Of a DNA stretch of 32,000 nucleotides, positions 7,457 to 14,607 are shown piece after piece. The DNA is from Nitrosopumilus sp. GTDB taxonomy: Archaea; Thermoproteota; Nitrososphaeria; Nitrososphaerales; Nitrosopumilaceae. Position 1 is the stretch's first letter, and each line of letters opens with the position of its first letter. The stretch lies in the NCBI GenBank assembly GCA_963662625.1, contig OY759726.1:1179867-1211866 (forward strand). The letters are read 5' to 3'. The translations under genes and the position numbers were made by a program. The notes beneath the pieces are model-generated. The model was not told the DNA's origin. It saw only the letters and a list, made by a program, of their open reading frames with translations, and made no database searches.

Positions 7457-10400
7457 TTATACCCGAATTATGCCCTTTTTTACCAGGAACTGCACCATGC
7501 CGAGGAACTCGCCGTCGCTTATCACGCCCTTGGACCACCACCCAGCGGCGTCCTTTGTCCAGGCGGGGACGTGCTCTGCCGTGCCGCGGCCCGCGGCCGG
7601 CGCGACTATGACCCCCTTGTCGACCAGGTGCCTGACGCCCCCGGCGAACCCGGAGTCGGGCGCAGACGGGGAGGACCAGGCGCCGGCGGCGTCCTTCACC
7701 CAGTCGGGGATCCCGTAATCGTAGACCACGAAGGATGCCGATCCCTCGTCCCTGTCTGCGTGGGACAGCTGGATCCTGTAGGTCCCGGGCGGCGTGTCAC
7801 CCGAGATCGCAAAGGCCGCCCTGAACTTCCCCTTTGGGGAGAGGCCAGCCGCCCACGTCTCCTCGGCGCCGTCGGGATTGGTCAGGGTGACGGTCAGGGG
7901 GGCGCCCCTCTCGGGGCTTGCCACGCTACCCGACATGACGACCTCCGAGACGCCCCCGCCAAGCGGGACGGCCACCTCGTATGCGCTCAGCTGCGGCGAG
8001 GGCGGGATCCCCCTGGACAGCGAAAACACGCTCTGGTTGCCCGAGCCGTCGCGGTAGTCGTGGTACCTGGCGTCGATGCTGCCGCCCGCCGTGGAGACCA
8101 GCCTAGTGCCGGACCCGTTGCATATCTTCCCGGGCATCTTGAAGACTCCCGTGAAGACCCCGGAATCGGCCGACGTCTCGACCAGGGAGAACCCGGTCGC
8201 CGCCAGCCCGCCGTGCTCCACGCCGTCCACGGTGCAGCGCTTGTACCTCGTGTCCTTGATCAGGACCTCGAGCAGCACGCCCGCGCCGCCGCCGACGGTG
8301 TCCACGTACGGCGAGCGGGGATCGTCCACCACGCCGTAGGCGTCCACGACGTCGTGGCTCAGGTTCAGGTCGGGGTCGTGCAGCGTGAGGGTGACGGGCT
8401 GGCCGAAGCGGTACGTGTCGGAGTCCAGGAGGATCCTGCCGGAGCTGGTGCCGGCGTCGGCCCTTGCCGACACGCCGGTCACCACGCCCACGTCGTCCAG
8501 GTCGGAATACGACACGGCAATCCCGCCGCTGCCCGCCAGCCTGTCTGCAACGACGAACTTCACGCCGTCGCCGATCGTCCTGACGTGCCGCGCGAACTCC
8601 GGGCCGGCGGCGTCCTGCCCGCCTGCCACGGAGTACTCGATCGTGCCCGCAAACGTCGACGTGTCCGGGCCCGTCTCCTCCAGCTCGAAGCGGTATACCG
8701 CGTTGTTGACGGCGCCGCCGGCGGCCTCCCCGAACGAGAAGAAGTCCATGATGATCGGGTGCACTGACCCGGAGCCCGGGACGTGCCCGGCGCCGGGGCC
8801 CCCAAAGTCCACCACGACGGAGGCCGCGCCGGCCGCGCCCCGGACGTCCGGCACGTCCAGCCGGACGAGCCCCTGCGGGGACGCGATCCCGCCGGGCGCC
8901 ACGAGCGGGACCGGATCCGTGCCGGGCCCGCCGAAGAACAGGTCGATCGAGGCGCCAGAAAAGTCGGAGACCCCCAGGCCCGACTCGAGGGACCTAAAGT
9001 CGTAGTTGAGCCAGTTGGTGCCGCCGGGGCCGGCCAGGGCCGAGCCGAGCTCGGCGGCCGAGAACCCCAGGTCCAGCGAGATCCCCCTGAACGGGCCGGC
9101 GGGCAGCCCGGAGGTGTCTATGAACAGCCTGGCCGACGCCGCGTCCGGGACGGACGAGCCTGCCGGCATGCCCGCGCCGGGCGAGTCCCTGAAGAACTCG
9201 ACGCCGGACGCGCCTGCCAGCGTTGGCGGGTCCCCTATCATGAGGGTCGGGATGGCAGCCGAGGCGCTAGAAGCATCCAGGGAGTCCCTTGCGCCGGAAT
9301 TCAGGTTCTGATCCGCGTCGACCAGGACTACCGGGAACTCCTTCCCGGGAACCAGCGGCCTCGAGTCGTTCACGACCAGCGAGGATCCCCCGACGGCGAT
9401 GCCCGCAGCCGAGGGGCCCGTCAGGACGGATACCGAGTCCCTGTCGTACGTGATGGAGCCGGCATGGCCCCTCGGGGCGCCGCCGAGGATCGATATCGTG
9501 GACATGCCGCCGTGGTCGGCGGTGTCAAACACGCCCGAGTTGGGGCCGCTCTCCACCAAGGTGACCAGCTGCGAGAACCCCGGGGCGCCGCCCAGGGACG
9601 CCCGCGGCTGCTCCGAGTTGGTCCCCAGGGAGAGCACCCTTCCGGCGCTGACGGCCAGCCTCCCGTTGTCCTCGAAGCCCAGCCCGGGGAGGCGCGTGGA
9701 GATGTCAGCCGGTTCGGCGCCGCCGCCCCGGCCCGTGCCGCCGAATGCCTGGTAGAAGACAGCCCCGGGCGTGCCGACGCCAAACGTCCACGAGTCCTCG
9801 TCTGTCGGGTCCTGGTTCAGCTGGGCGTCGCTGACCGTCAGGAATACCTGGGCGCCCTGCGGGTAGCGCTCCCGGTCCACTCCCAGGGACGTGCCGGGGA
9901 TCTCGCCGTACTCCAGCCTGACCTGCTGCGTGCCTGAGGCATGGTCGTACCTCACGGTGACGTCCCCGAAGGAGAACAACTGGATCAGGGGCCACGCGCC
10001 GGGATCCAGGCCGATCTGCCCCGGCGGGACGCCGGCGTCGGCGTTGAGGGGCCTGGCATTCCGCACCACGTTGTTGAGTCCCCCCAGGCCGTCCGGCTCC
10101 CCCGAGCACTCCGAGAGCCCGCCTGCCCCGTCTGCGAACCCGGACAGCCCGGACGGGGACGGGACGGCAAACCCGTCGGTGTCGGGGAATCCTATCCCGA
10201 ACACGGCCGGGGGGGTGTCCCTGCCGCAGAAGACTCCAAAGTCCAGCCCGCTCCCGGGGGATCCCGCGGCGGAGTCCGCCGCCCTGGCCATGTCCGCGTT
10301 TGCAAAGTACGCGTACCAGCTCCCGTCCCCTGCCTGGGCCATCCTAAGGGTCCGGCCGTTCAGGGTGACGTCGGGCTCGCCCCTGCCCTCGCCGGTGTCC

Positions 10401-10579
10401 CCGATGGCCGGATCCAGCACAGCCACCTCCACCACCATCGACCCCGCAAAGTGGTTTCCGAACCGGGGGTTTTCGGCGGACACGTACAGGCTGGGGCCGG
10501 CCGCGTGGGCGGAGGGCAGCAGGATCGCTGCCGCGGCGGCGAGGATGGCGAGGGTCGACACCGTTTTACCGAGATGCAA
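7457..10579 (-). CDS. Large secreted cell-surface protein (about 1040 aa) with two C-terminal Trp-rich motifs; possible S-layer or surface-associated protein
   Basis: The ORF is open to 10711, but the signal peptide (HLGKTVSTLAILAAAAAILLPSAHAA) begins at the in-frame TTG at 10579, with ggttatttg about 24-32 nt upstream. GTG at 10561 is an alternative start. The body is Gly/Ser/Asp-rich and looks beta-rich. The C-terminus has IPDWVKDAAGAW...VRHLVDKGVIV and VPAWTKDAAGWWSKGVISDGEFLGMVQFLVKKGIIRV. Confidence 0.8.
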   Translation of the reverse strand: MHLGKTVSTLAILAAAAAILLPSAHAAGPSLYVSAENPRFGNHFAGSMVVEVAVLDPAIGDTGEGRGEPDVTLNGRTLRMAQAGDGSWYAYFANADMARAADSAAGSPGSGLDFGVFCGRDTPPAVFGIGFPDTDGFAVPSPSGLSGFADGAGGLSECSGEPDGLGGLNNVVRNARPLNADAGVPPGQIGLDPGAWPLIQLFSFGDVTVRYDHASGTQQVRLEYGEIPGTSLGVDRERYPQGAQVFLTVSDAQLNQDPTDEDSWTFGVGTPGAVFYQAFGGTGRGGGAEPADISTRLPGLGFEDNGRLAVSAGRVLSLGTNSEQPRASLGGAPGFSQLVTLVESGPNSGVFDTADHGGMSTISILGGAPRGHAGSITYDRDSVSVLTGPSAAGIAVGGSSLVVNDSRPLVPGKEFPVVLVDADQNLNSGARDSLDASSASAAIPTLMIGDPPTLAGASGVEFFRDSPGAGMPAGSSVPDAASARLFIDTSGLPAGPFRGISLDLGFSAAELGSALAGPGGTNWLNYDFRSLESGLGVSDFSGASIDLFFGGPGTDPVPLVAPGGIASPQGLVRLDVPDVRGAAGAASVVVDFGGPGAGHVPGSGSVHPIIMDFFSFGEAAGGAVNNAVYRFELEETGPDTSTFAGTIEYSVAGGQDAAGPEFARHVRTIGDGVKFVVADRLAGSGGIAVSYSDLDDVGVVTGVSARADAGTSSGRILLDSDTYRFGQPVTLTLHDPDLNLSHDVVDAYGVVDDPRSPYVDTVGGGAGVLLEVLIKDTRYKRCTVDGVEHGGLAATGFSLVETSADSGVFTGVFKMPGKICNGSGTRLVSTAGGSIDARYHDYRDGSGNQSVFSLSRGIPPSPQLSAYEVAVPLGGGVSEVVMSGSVASPERGAPLTVTLTNPDGAEETWAAGLSPKGKFRAAFAISGDTPPGTYRIQLSHADRDEGSASFVVYDYGIPDWVKDAAGAWSSPSAPDSGFAGGVRHLVDKGVIVAPAAGRGTAEHVPAWTKDAAGWWSKGVISDGEFLGMVQFLVKKGIIRV

Positions 10580-10897
10580 CAGGTACGATGGCGGCCCGCC
10601 ACAAATAACCTTGTCGCACGATTCCCACCTTAATAGGCGGGGGGCGCAACGTGGCGCGGGAGATGCGTTTTCGCGGCTGATCGGGGTGCCGCAGGCGTCG
10701 CTGGCCGCCACGTTCTCGGAGTTCCCGGCAGGGCTGGCGTTCGGACTACGGCGCGGGGACCGTGGGGGTCAGGGTGCCGGACGTGGGCATTTTCAGGATG
10801 GGGTTCGCTCACCGGATCCCCGAGGATGTGGAGCGGGGGATGCGGGACGGCGTGGGGGATCGAGCAGGCCACCGCGCACCCGGAGCCGTCGCGGGGG

Positions 10898-12073
10898 TCA
10901 GACCGCGATGCTGGTGACGTACATCACCAGCATCCCGACGGCGACGCCGGCCGCTACGGGCGCGCTTGAGAGGTTCCGGTCGCCCTCCGCCCTGATCATC
11001 CTCATGATCACCAGTATGACCTGGAATATCGCGCCGGCGCCTACCGAGAGGAACACGACGGACGCGAGCGGCGAGAACGCGAACCCGCCGGTCCACGCGC
11101 CGAGGATCGCGGGCCCCCCGGCGATCATCCCCAGGGCGGCCAGCCGGCCCAGTACGGCCTTCTCCCTGGACAGCGGCGCCGCGATGGCGATCCCCTCCGT
11201 GGTGTTGTGTATCGCAAATCCCACTATCAGGAACGAGCTGAACGCCATGGAGCCCATCCCCACGGCGGCGCCGATGGCCAGCCCCTCGCCGAAGTTGTGC
11301 AGGCCGATCCCGACTGCGATCATCAGGGCCACCGCAAACGGCCCGCCGAGCCGGGGGTCTGCGGCCCGGGCCAGCCGGTCGCCGGAGTAGTACAGTCCCA
11401 GGAATGCCAGGACGATCACGGTGGCCACCAGCAGGACGCCGTTGAAGCTGCCCGCCAGGTTCTCGCCGGACACGGCCAGTGCCTCCTCGACGGAGTCGAT
11501 CCCTAGGAACAGCAGCAGCCCGGCGGTCAGGGCCAGGAAGAAGTGGTACTTTGCCCTGCTGATCCTCCTGATGAACGGGAGCCACAGGAGGCCTATGGCC
11601 ACGGGGATTACCCCGACGTATGTGCCGATTATTGCGAAGAATCCGAACAGCTCGGGGCTGGGTTCCAGCGCGGGGGCCGCGGCCTTCACCTCCCTCTCGA
11701 ACCGCGTCCCGTCCTGTATGGTGAGCCCGATCACGTACGGCTCGGCCTCGTTCCACTCGAAGGGGATCCTCACGGTGCCGGCCTCGTACCTGCCGAGGAA
11801 CCTGTCGGGCTCCACGGCGGCAGGCTGTATCCTGTCGTTCACGTCGGCCATGACGACCTCCACGGGGACTGGGCCCGTGTTCCTCACGGTGACGACGATC
11901 TCCGATCCCGCAAAGTCGATCTTTTCCAGGGATATCTCCGGCAGCGGCACCCCGAGGTCCAGCAGCTCCGAGCCCGGCCCGAAGACGTACGCGACCAGCG
12001 CCACCAGGAGCAGGAAGGGGGCGACCCCGCTTGCCACCGTCCTGCCCCTGGACGACCTTCTGCCAAGCTCCAT
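10898..12073 (-). CDS. ZIP-family metal permease with an N-terminal extracytoplasmic domain
   Basis: I prefer the start at ATG 12073 (MELGRRSSRGRTVASGVAPFLLLVALVAYV); the ORF-track start at 12163 overlaps the upstream gene. ZIP signatures are IGLHNFGEGLAIG and FAIHNTTEGIAIA. About 130 aa of non-TM domain precede the permease core. Confidence 0.85.
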   Translation of the reverse strand: MELGRRSSRGRTVASGVAPFLLLVALVAYVFGPGSELLDLGVPLPEISLEKIDFAGSEIVVTVRNTGPVPVEVVMADVNDRIQPAAVEPDRFLGRYEAGTVRIPFEWNEAEPYVIGLTIQDGTRFEREVKAAAPALEPSPELFGFFAIIGTYVGVIPVAIGLLWLPFIRRISRAKYHFFLALTAGLLLFLGIDSVEEALAVSGENLAGSFNGVLLVATVIVLAFLGLYYSGDRLARAADPRLGGPFAVALMIAVGIGLHNFGEGLAIGAAVGMGSMAFSSFLIVGFAIHNTTEGIAIAAPLSREKAVLGRLAALGMIAGGPAILGAWTGGFAFSPLASVVFLSVGAGAIFQVILVIMRMIRAEGDRNLSSAPVAAGVAVGMLVMYVTSIAV

Positions 12074-12074
12074 C

Positions 12075-13154
12075 CTACGTCCCCCCGGGCGCCTCTCCGG
12101 GGCCGTCGGCGGCCAGGAAGATCCCGACCCACCCCTTCTCGGAGAATTCCACCTTGTGCGCATGGAACAGGTACTTTCCGGGGTACGCGTACTCGAACTC
12201 CATTATCCCCCGCTCCGTCTGCGACAGCGTCACCATGTCGGTGTAAAACGAGGGCACGGTGTGGGTGCCGGTGGGGTAGTAGTAGAACAGGTTGCCGTGC
12301 AGGTGGAAGTTGTTGATCGGGTCAAACTCCACCATGTTTACCACGTAGACGCGGATCAGCTCGTTGGTGCTTATCTGGATCGGGTGGTGCTGGTAGTAGA
12401 ACGGGATCGTGTTTGCGGCGTAGAAGTTGTTCTCGGTGTCAAAGTCGGTGTCCAGCCCGTTGAGCACCATCACCATCTCGTCGGCCGGAGCACGCCCCTC
12501 CTTGGGATCGACGATGTAGACGCCGTACAGCCCGTGCACGATGTGCTCCTCCAGCGGCATCACGTGGCAGTGGTACGGGTGGACGCCCACCGGCCCGGCC
12601 ACGAACTCGTAGGTGAACTTCCCGCCTCCCGGCCCCACGGGCTCGAACACGCCGTCCATCCCGGCCGGGTGGATCCCGTGAAAGTGCATTGTGTGGGTCT
12701 TGGAGCCGTTGTTCACGAAGTTGATCCGCACCAGGTCGCCCTCGGTGGCCCTGATGGTCGGGCCGGGCACCGACCCGTTGAACGTCCACGCGTTGTAGAA
12801 CACGCCCGGCGCGACCTCCATCACCTTGTCGTCCTCGGCGACTATGGTGTATTCCCTCACCACGGTGCCGTCGGGCAGCGTGGACACCTCGCCGTAGTCA
12901 AAGTCGCGCAGGTACTCCATGGGATCAAACTCCATGGTGGACTCTGCGTAAAGCGGGTCGATCACGTCCCCCGTAGTCTTGACTATCCCGCCGGTGTGCG
13001 TCACGAAGATCCTCTCCACCAGCTGCGCCTCGGTGACGGACGGGAGCACCGCGACCGAAAGCCCCGCCGCCATGACCACCGCGAGGCCCATTAGGAGTGA
13101 TCTGCTGGGCTTCAACTGAGATGTAAGCCGGGCCTGCTTATTTAAAGTTAGCAT
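12075..13154 (-). CDS. Two-domain multicopper oxidase (thaumarchaeal MCO type)
   Basis: 359 aa with an N-terminal hydrophobic signal/anchor. Four HxH motifs: HTMHFHG, YHCHV (with the T1 Cys), FHLHG and FHAHK. This pattern indicates a T1 site plus a trinuclear Cu cluster. The stop at 12075-12077 lies 1 nt before the ZIP ATG. Confidence 0.9.
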   Translation of the reverse strand: MLTLNKQARLTSQLKPSRSLLMGLAVVMAAGLSVAVLPSVTEAQLVERIFVTHTGGIVKTTGDVIDPLYAESTMEFDPMEYLRDFDYGEVSTLPDGTVVREYTIVAEDDKVMEVAPGVFYNAWTFNGSVPGPTIRATEGDLVRINFVNNGSKTHTMHFHGIHPAGMDGVFEPVGPGGGKFTYEFVAGPVGVHPYHCHVMPLEEHIVHGLYGVYIVDPKEGRAPADEMVMVLNGLDTDFDTENNFYAANTIPFYYQHHPIQISTNELIRVYVVNMVEFDPINNFHLHGNLFYYYPTGTHTVPSFYTDMVTLSQTERGIMEFEYAYPGKYLFHAHKVEFSEKGWVGIFLAADGPGEAPGGT

Positions 13155-13157
13155 GGA

Positions 13158-13186
13158 CTAACTTTTTTAACCCAGGCTAACTTTTT
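13158..13186. promoter_or_regulatory. Direct repeat ctaacttttt(t) x2 with 19-bp period in the divergent MCO / 13242 promoter region
   Basis: 13158-13168 ctaactttttt and 13177-13186 ctaacttttt. On the minus strand these read aaaaagttag, an A-rich TATA-like sequence upstream of ATG 13154. A separate tttaaa box at 13213-13218 lies 24 nt before ATG 13242. Confidence 0.3.
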
Positions 13187-13241
13187 GGGGCCGATCCCCC
13201 CGCGAAACTAGGTTTAAACTGAGGCGCGCGCGCCACAAGTC

Positions 13242-13739
13242 ATGCCAAAGGCAAGCGTGCTGCTGCTGTTGGTCGGCGGGATACTGGGGCTGGGGATAAC
13301 GCTCTCGTTCTACGGCAACCAGGCCCTCTTCGAGGATCTGGCCGACGGGGGAGGCGACGTCAGGCCTGGGGAGAAGCTCGAGGTCAGGGCGGAACTGGAG
13401 CGGTCAGACGAGGGCGGGATCTACGCGATCCAGGTGGAAGATCCCGACGGGGGGCCGGTCTCAGTGCGGGTACTGGATCCCGGGGGCGCCGAGGTGGGCT
13501 CCGGCCTTGTCGGCGGCGAACTGTTCGAGGGGAGGTTCGCGGTGGACTCCGACGGCGCCTACACGCTGGTCGCAAGGAACGACGGGACGGGCCCAGTCAA
13601 GGTCTTCGCCGTGATGGGGCCGGAACCCGACGCGGGCACGAAGTCGTTGGGGTTCGTCTCGCTGTACGTGCTGGTCATAGGGCTGCTGGGCATGGCCGGC
13701 GTGGCGATCTTCGCGGTTAGGAACAGGAAGCGGCCCTAG
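13242..13739 (+). CDS. Hypothetical bitopic membrane protein (N- and C-terminal TM helices flanking a roughly 110-aa acidic domain)
   Basis: 165 aa: VLLLLVGGILGLGITLSFY ... SLGFVSLYVLVIGLLGMAGVAIFAV-RNRKRP. Codon usage matches neighbouring genes. Divergent from the MCO gene. Confidence 0.65.
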   Translation: MPKASVLLLLVGGILGLGITLSFYGNQALFEDLADGGGDVRPGEKLEVRAELERSDEGGIYAIQVEDPDGGPVSVRVLDPGGAEVGSGLVGGELFEGRFAVDSDGAYTLVARNDGTGPVKVFAVMGPEPDAGTKSLGFVSLYVLVIGLLGMAGVAIFAVRNRKRP

Positions 13740-14041
13740 TTCAGGTAGCTGTCCATCTTCTCCAGGCCGCCGATCGCGGAGTCGAAATCCTCGCCCTCGA
13801 CTATCCCAGCCAGCATCTCGGTGTTTGCCGAAAAGTAGGCCTTCCCGCCGTCGAGCCTCTGGATCACGAACCCCGTCTCTACCAGGTACCCGAGCCTCTG
13901 CCGGACGTCGTCCTCGGTGGTGGAGGCGGCACTTGCCAAAAACGAGCATTCCTTCTCGCCGTCCTCCAGCTCCGCGATGACGGCCGAAGTCACTGGATCA
14001 AACATGCAGTCGACCACCTTGTCCCTGTCAAAGTCGGGCAT
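13736..14041 (-). CDS. Small hypothetical protein, possibly winged-helix DNA-binding
   Basis: 101 aa. The central segment SFLASAASTTEDDVRQRLGYLVETGFVIQRLDGGKAYF resembles a wHTH recognition helix plus wing. Its stop overlaps the stop of the convergent gene (ctag at 13736-13739). Confidence 0.5.
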   Translation of the reverse strand: MPDFDRDKVVDCMFDPVTSAVIAELEDGEKECSFLASAASTTEDDVRQRLGYLVETGFVIQRLDGGKAYFSANTEMLAGIVEGEDFDSAIGGLEKMDSYLN

Positions 14042-14171
14042 CCTCTTGGAGGGGCGGGGAGGGAATTTAAGAATTTCCAGTCAGGGCGGGCACGGGCCCC
14101 GGATCGCGCAGTCGGCGCCGCCTGGGTCACGGGTGCTTGTGCACCAATAAGGTAATTAGTAAACCCCCCCC

Positions 14172-14333
14172 ATGCAACCCATGCAGAAACTGTGCGAGGG
14201 GGACGCCTCCGGGAGGGGGCAGCACTGCTTCTGCATGGAGGTCGACCCCAGGAGCGGGGTGCGGAAGTGCTGCAGGTGCAACAGGTGGAACATCCAGGGG
14301 CGGGACTGGACAGACGACTCTGACTTCCGGTGA
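14172..14333 (+). CDS. Candidate small Cys-rich protein (53 aa), not in the supplied ORF track
   Basis: My own translation: MQPMQKLCEGDASGRGQHCFCMEVDPRSGVRKCCRCNRWNIQGRDWTDDSDFR*. GC3-rich codons and AGG Arg usage match neighbouring genes. The AT-rich box aataaggtaattagtaaa lies 9-26 nt upstream. Six Cys and one His could form a zinc site. Confidence 0.4.
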   Translation: MQPMQKLCEGDASGRGQHCFCMEVDPRSGVRKCCRCNRWNIQGRDWTDDSDFR

Positions 14334-14427
14334 TCCCGCGCAATACCGCGGTTCCTACCGCGATATCGCGAAAACACGCGCGATCGCGCGAGCCATGCCT
14401 AATAGTCTGTTGCCTAATAGTCTGTTG

Positions 14428-14607
14428 AACACATGATAACCACCCAGGCGTAGTTGCCCCGATGGATCGACCCCTGGTAGCGCGTGGGCCTGGCGCCCTT
14501 TCTGTTGAATGGGGCAATCCGAGCTGCTGTGTCACTGGGCTTCGCGCCCTGATAGGTGTGTGCAGCTTCCGATCCGTCAGACATCCGAAAGGAGGTGATA
14601 GGAAAGG
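14428..14607 (+). ncRNA. Candidate bridge-RNA-like guide region in the non-coding left end of the IS110 element (hypothesis)
   Basis: 180-bp non-coding left end upstream of the recombinase, which is where the IS110 subgroup encodes bridge RNA. 14501-14509 tctgttgaa equals the left junction 14421-14429. 14552-14558 ataggtg equals the right junction 15826-15832. A possible 9-bp enclosing stem pairs 14461-14469 with 14570-14578. Confidence 0.3.

Noticed and set aside
10580-10897. Roughly 320-bp gap between the ZIP gene and the surface-protein gene, with an 80-aa minus-strand ORF (10630-10872) and a 40-codon plus-strand ORF from 10799
   Set aside because: Both translations are Pro/His/Arg/Gly-rich with no motif or promoter context. 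This is most simply the upstream untranslated/promoter region of the surface-protein gene.
12075-13154. NirK (copper nitrite reductase) assignment for the multicopper protein
   Set aside because: Four HxH motifs, including HCH, indicate a full trinuclear cluster typical of true MCOs. NirK has only T1 and T2 sites. I therefore call it a two-domain MCO without claiming nitrite reductase activity.
13736-13739. Convergent genes sharing the stop tetranucleotide CTAG
   Set aside because: The overlap is real, but it is a trivial consequence of a compact genome and has no evident functional implication.
14398-14427. Tandem duplication cctaatagtctgttg x2 interpreted as a target-site duplication
   Set aside because: The two copies are adjacent rather than flanking an element, and the sequence is part of the outer IS inverted repeat. 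The origin is unclear (slippage, or a remnant of a second IS end). It is reported within the nested-IS finding, not as a TSD. The palindromic catg at both outer ends is equally ambiguous, because it could be either an IR extension or a 4-bp TSD.
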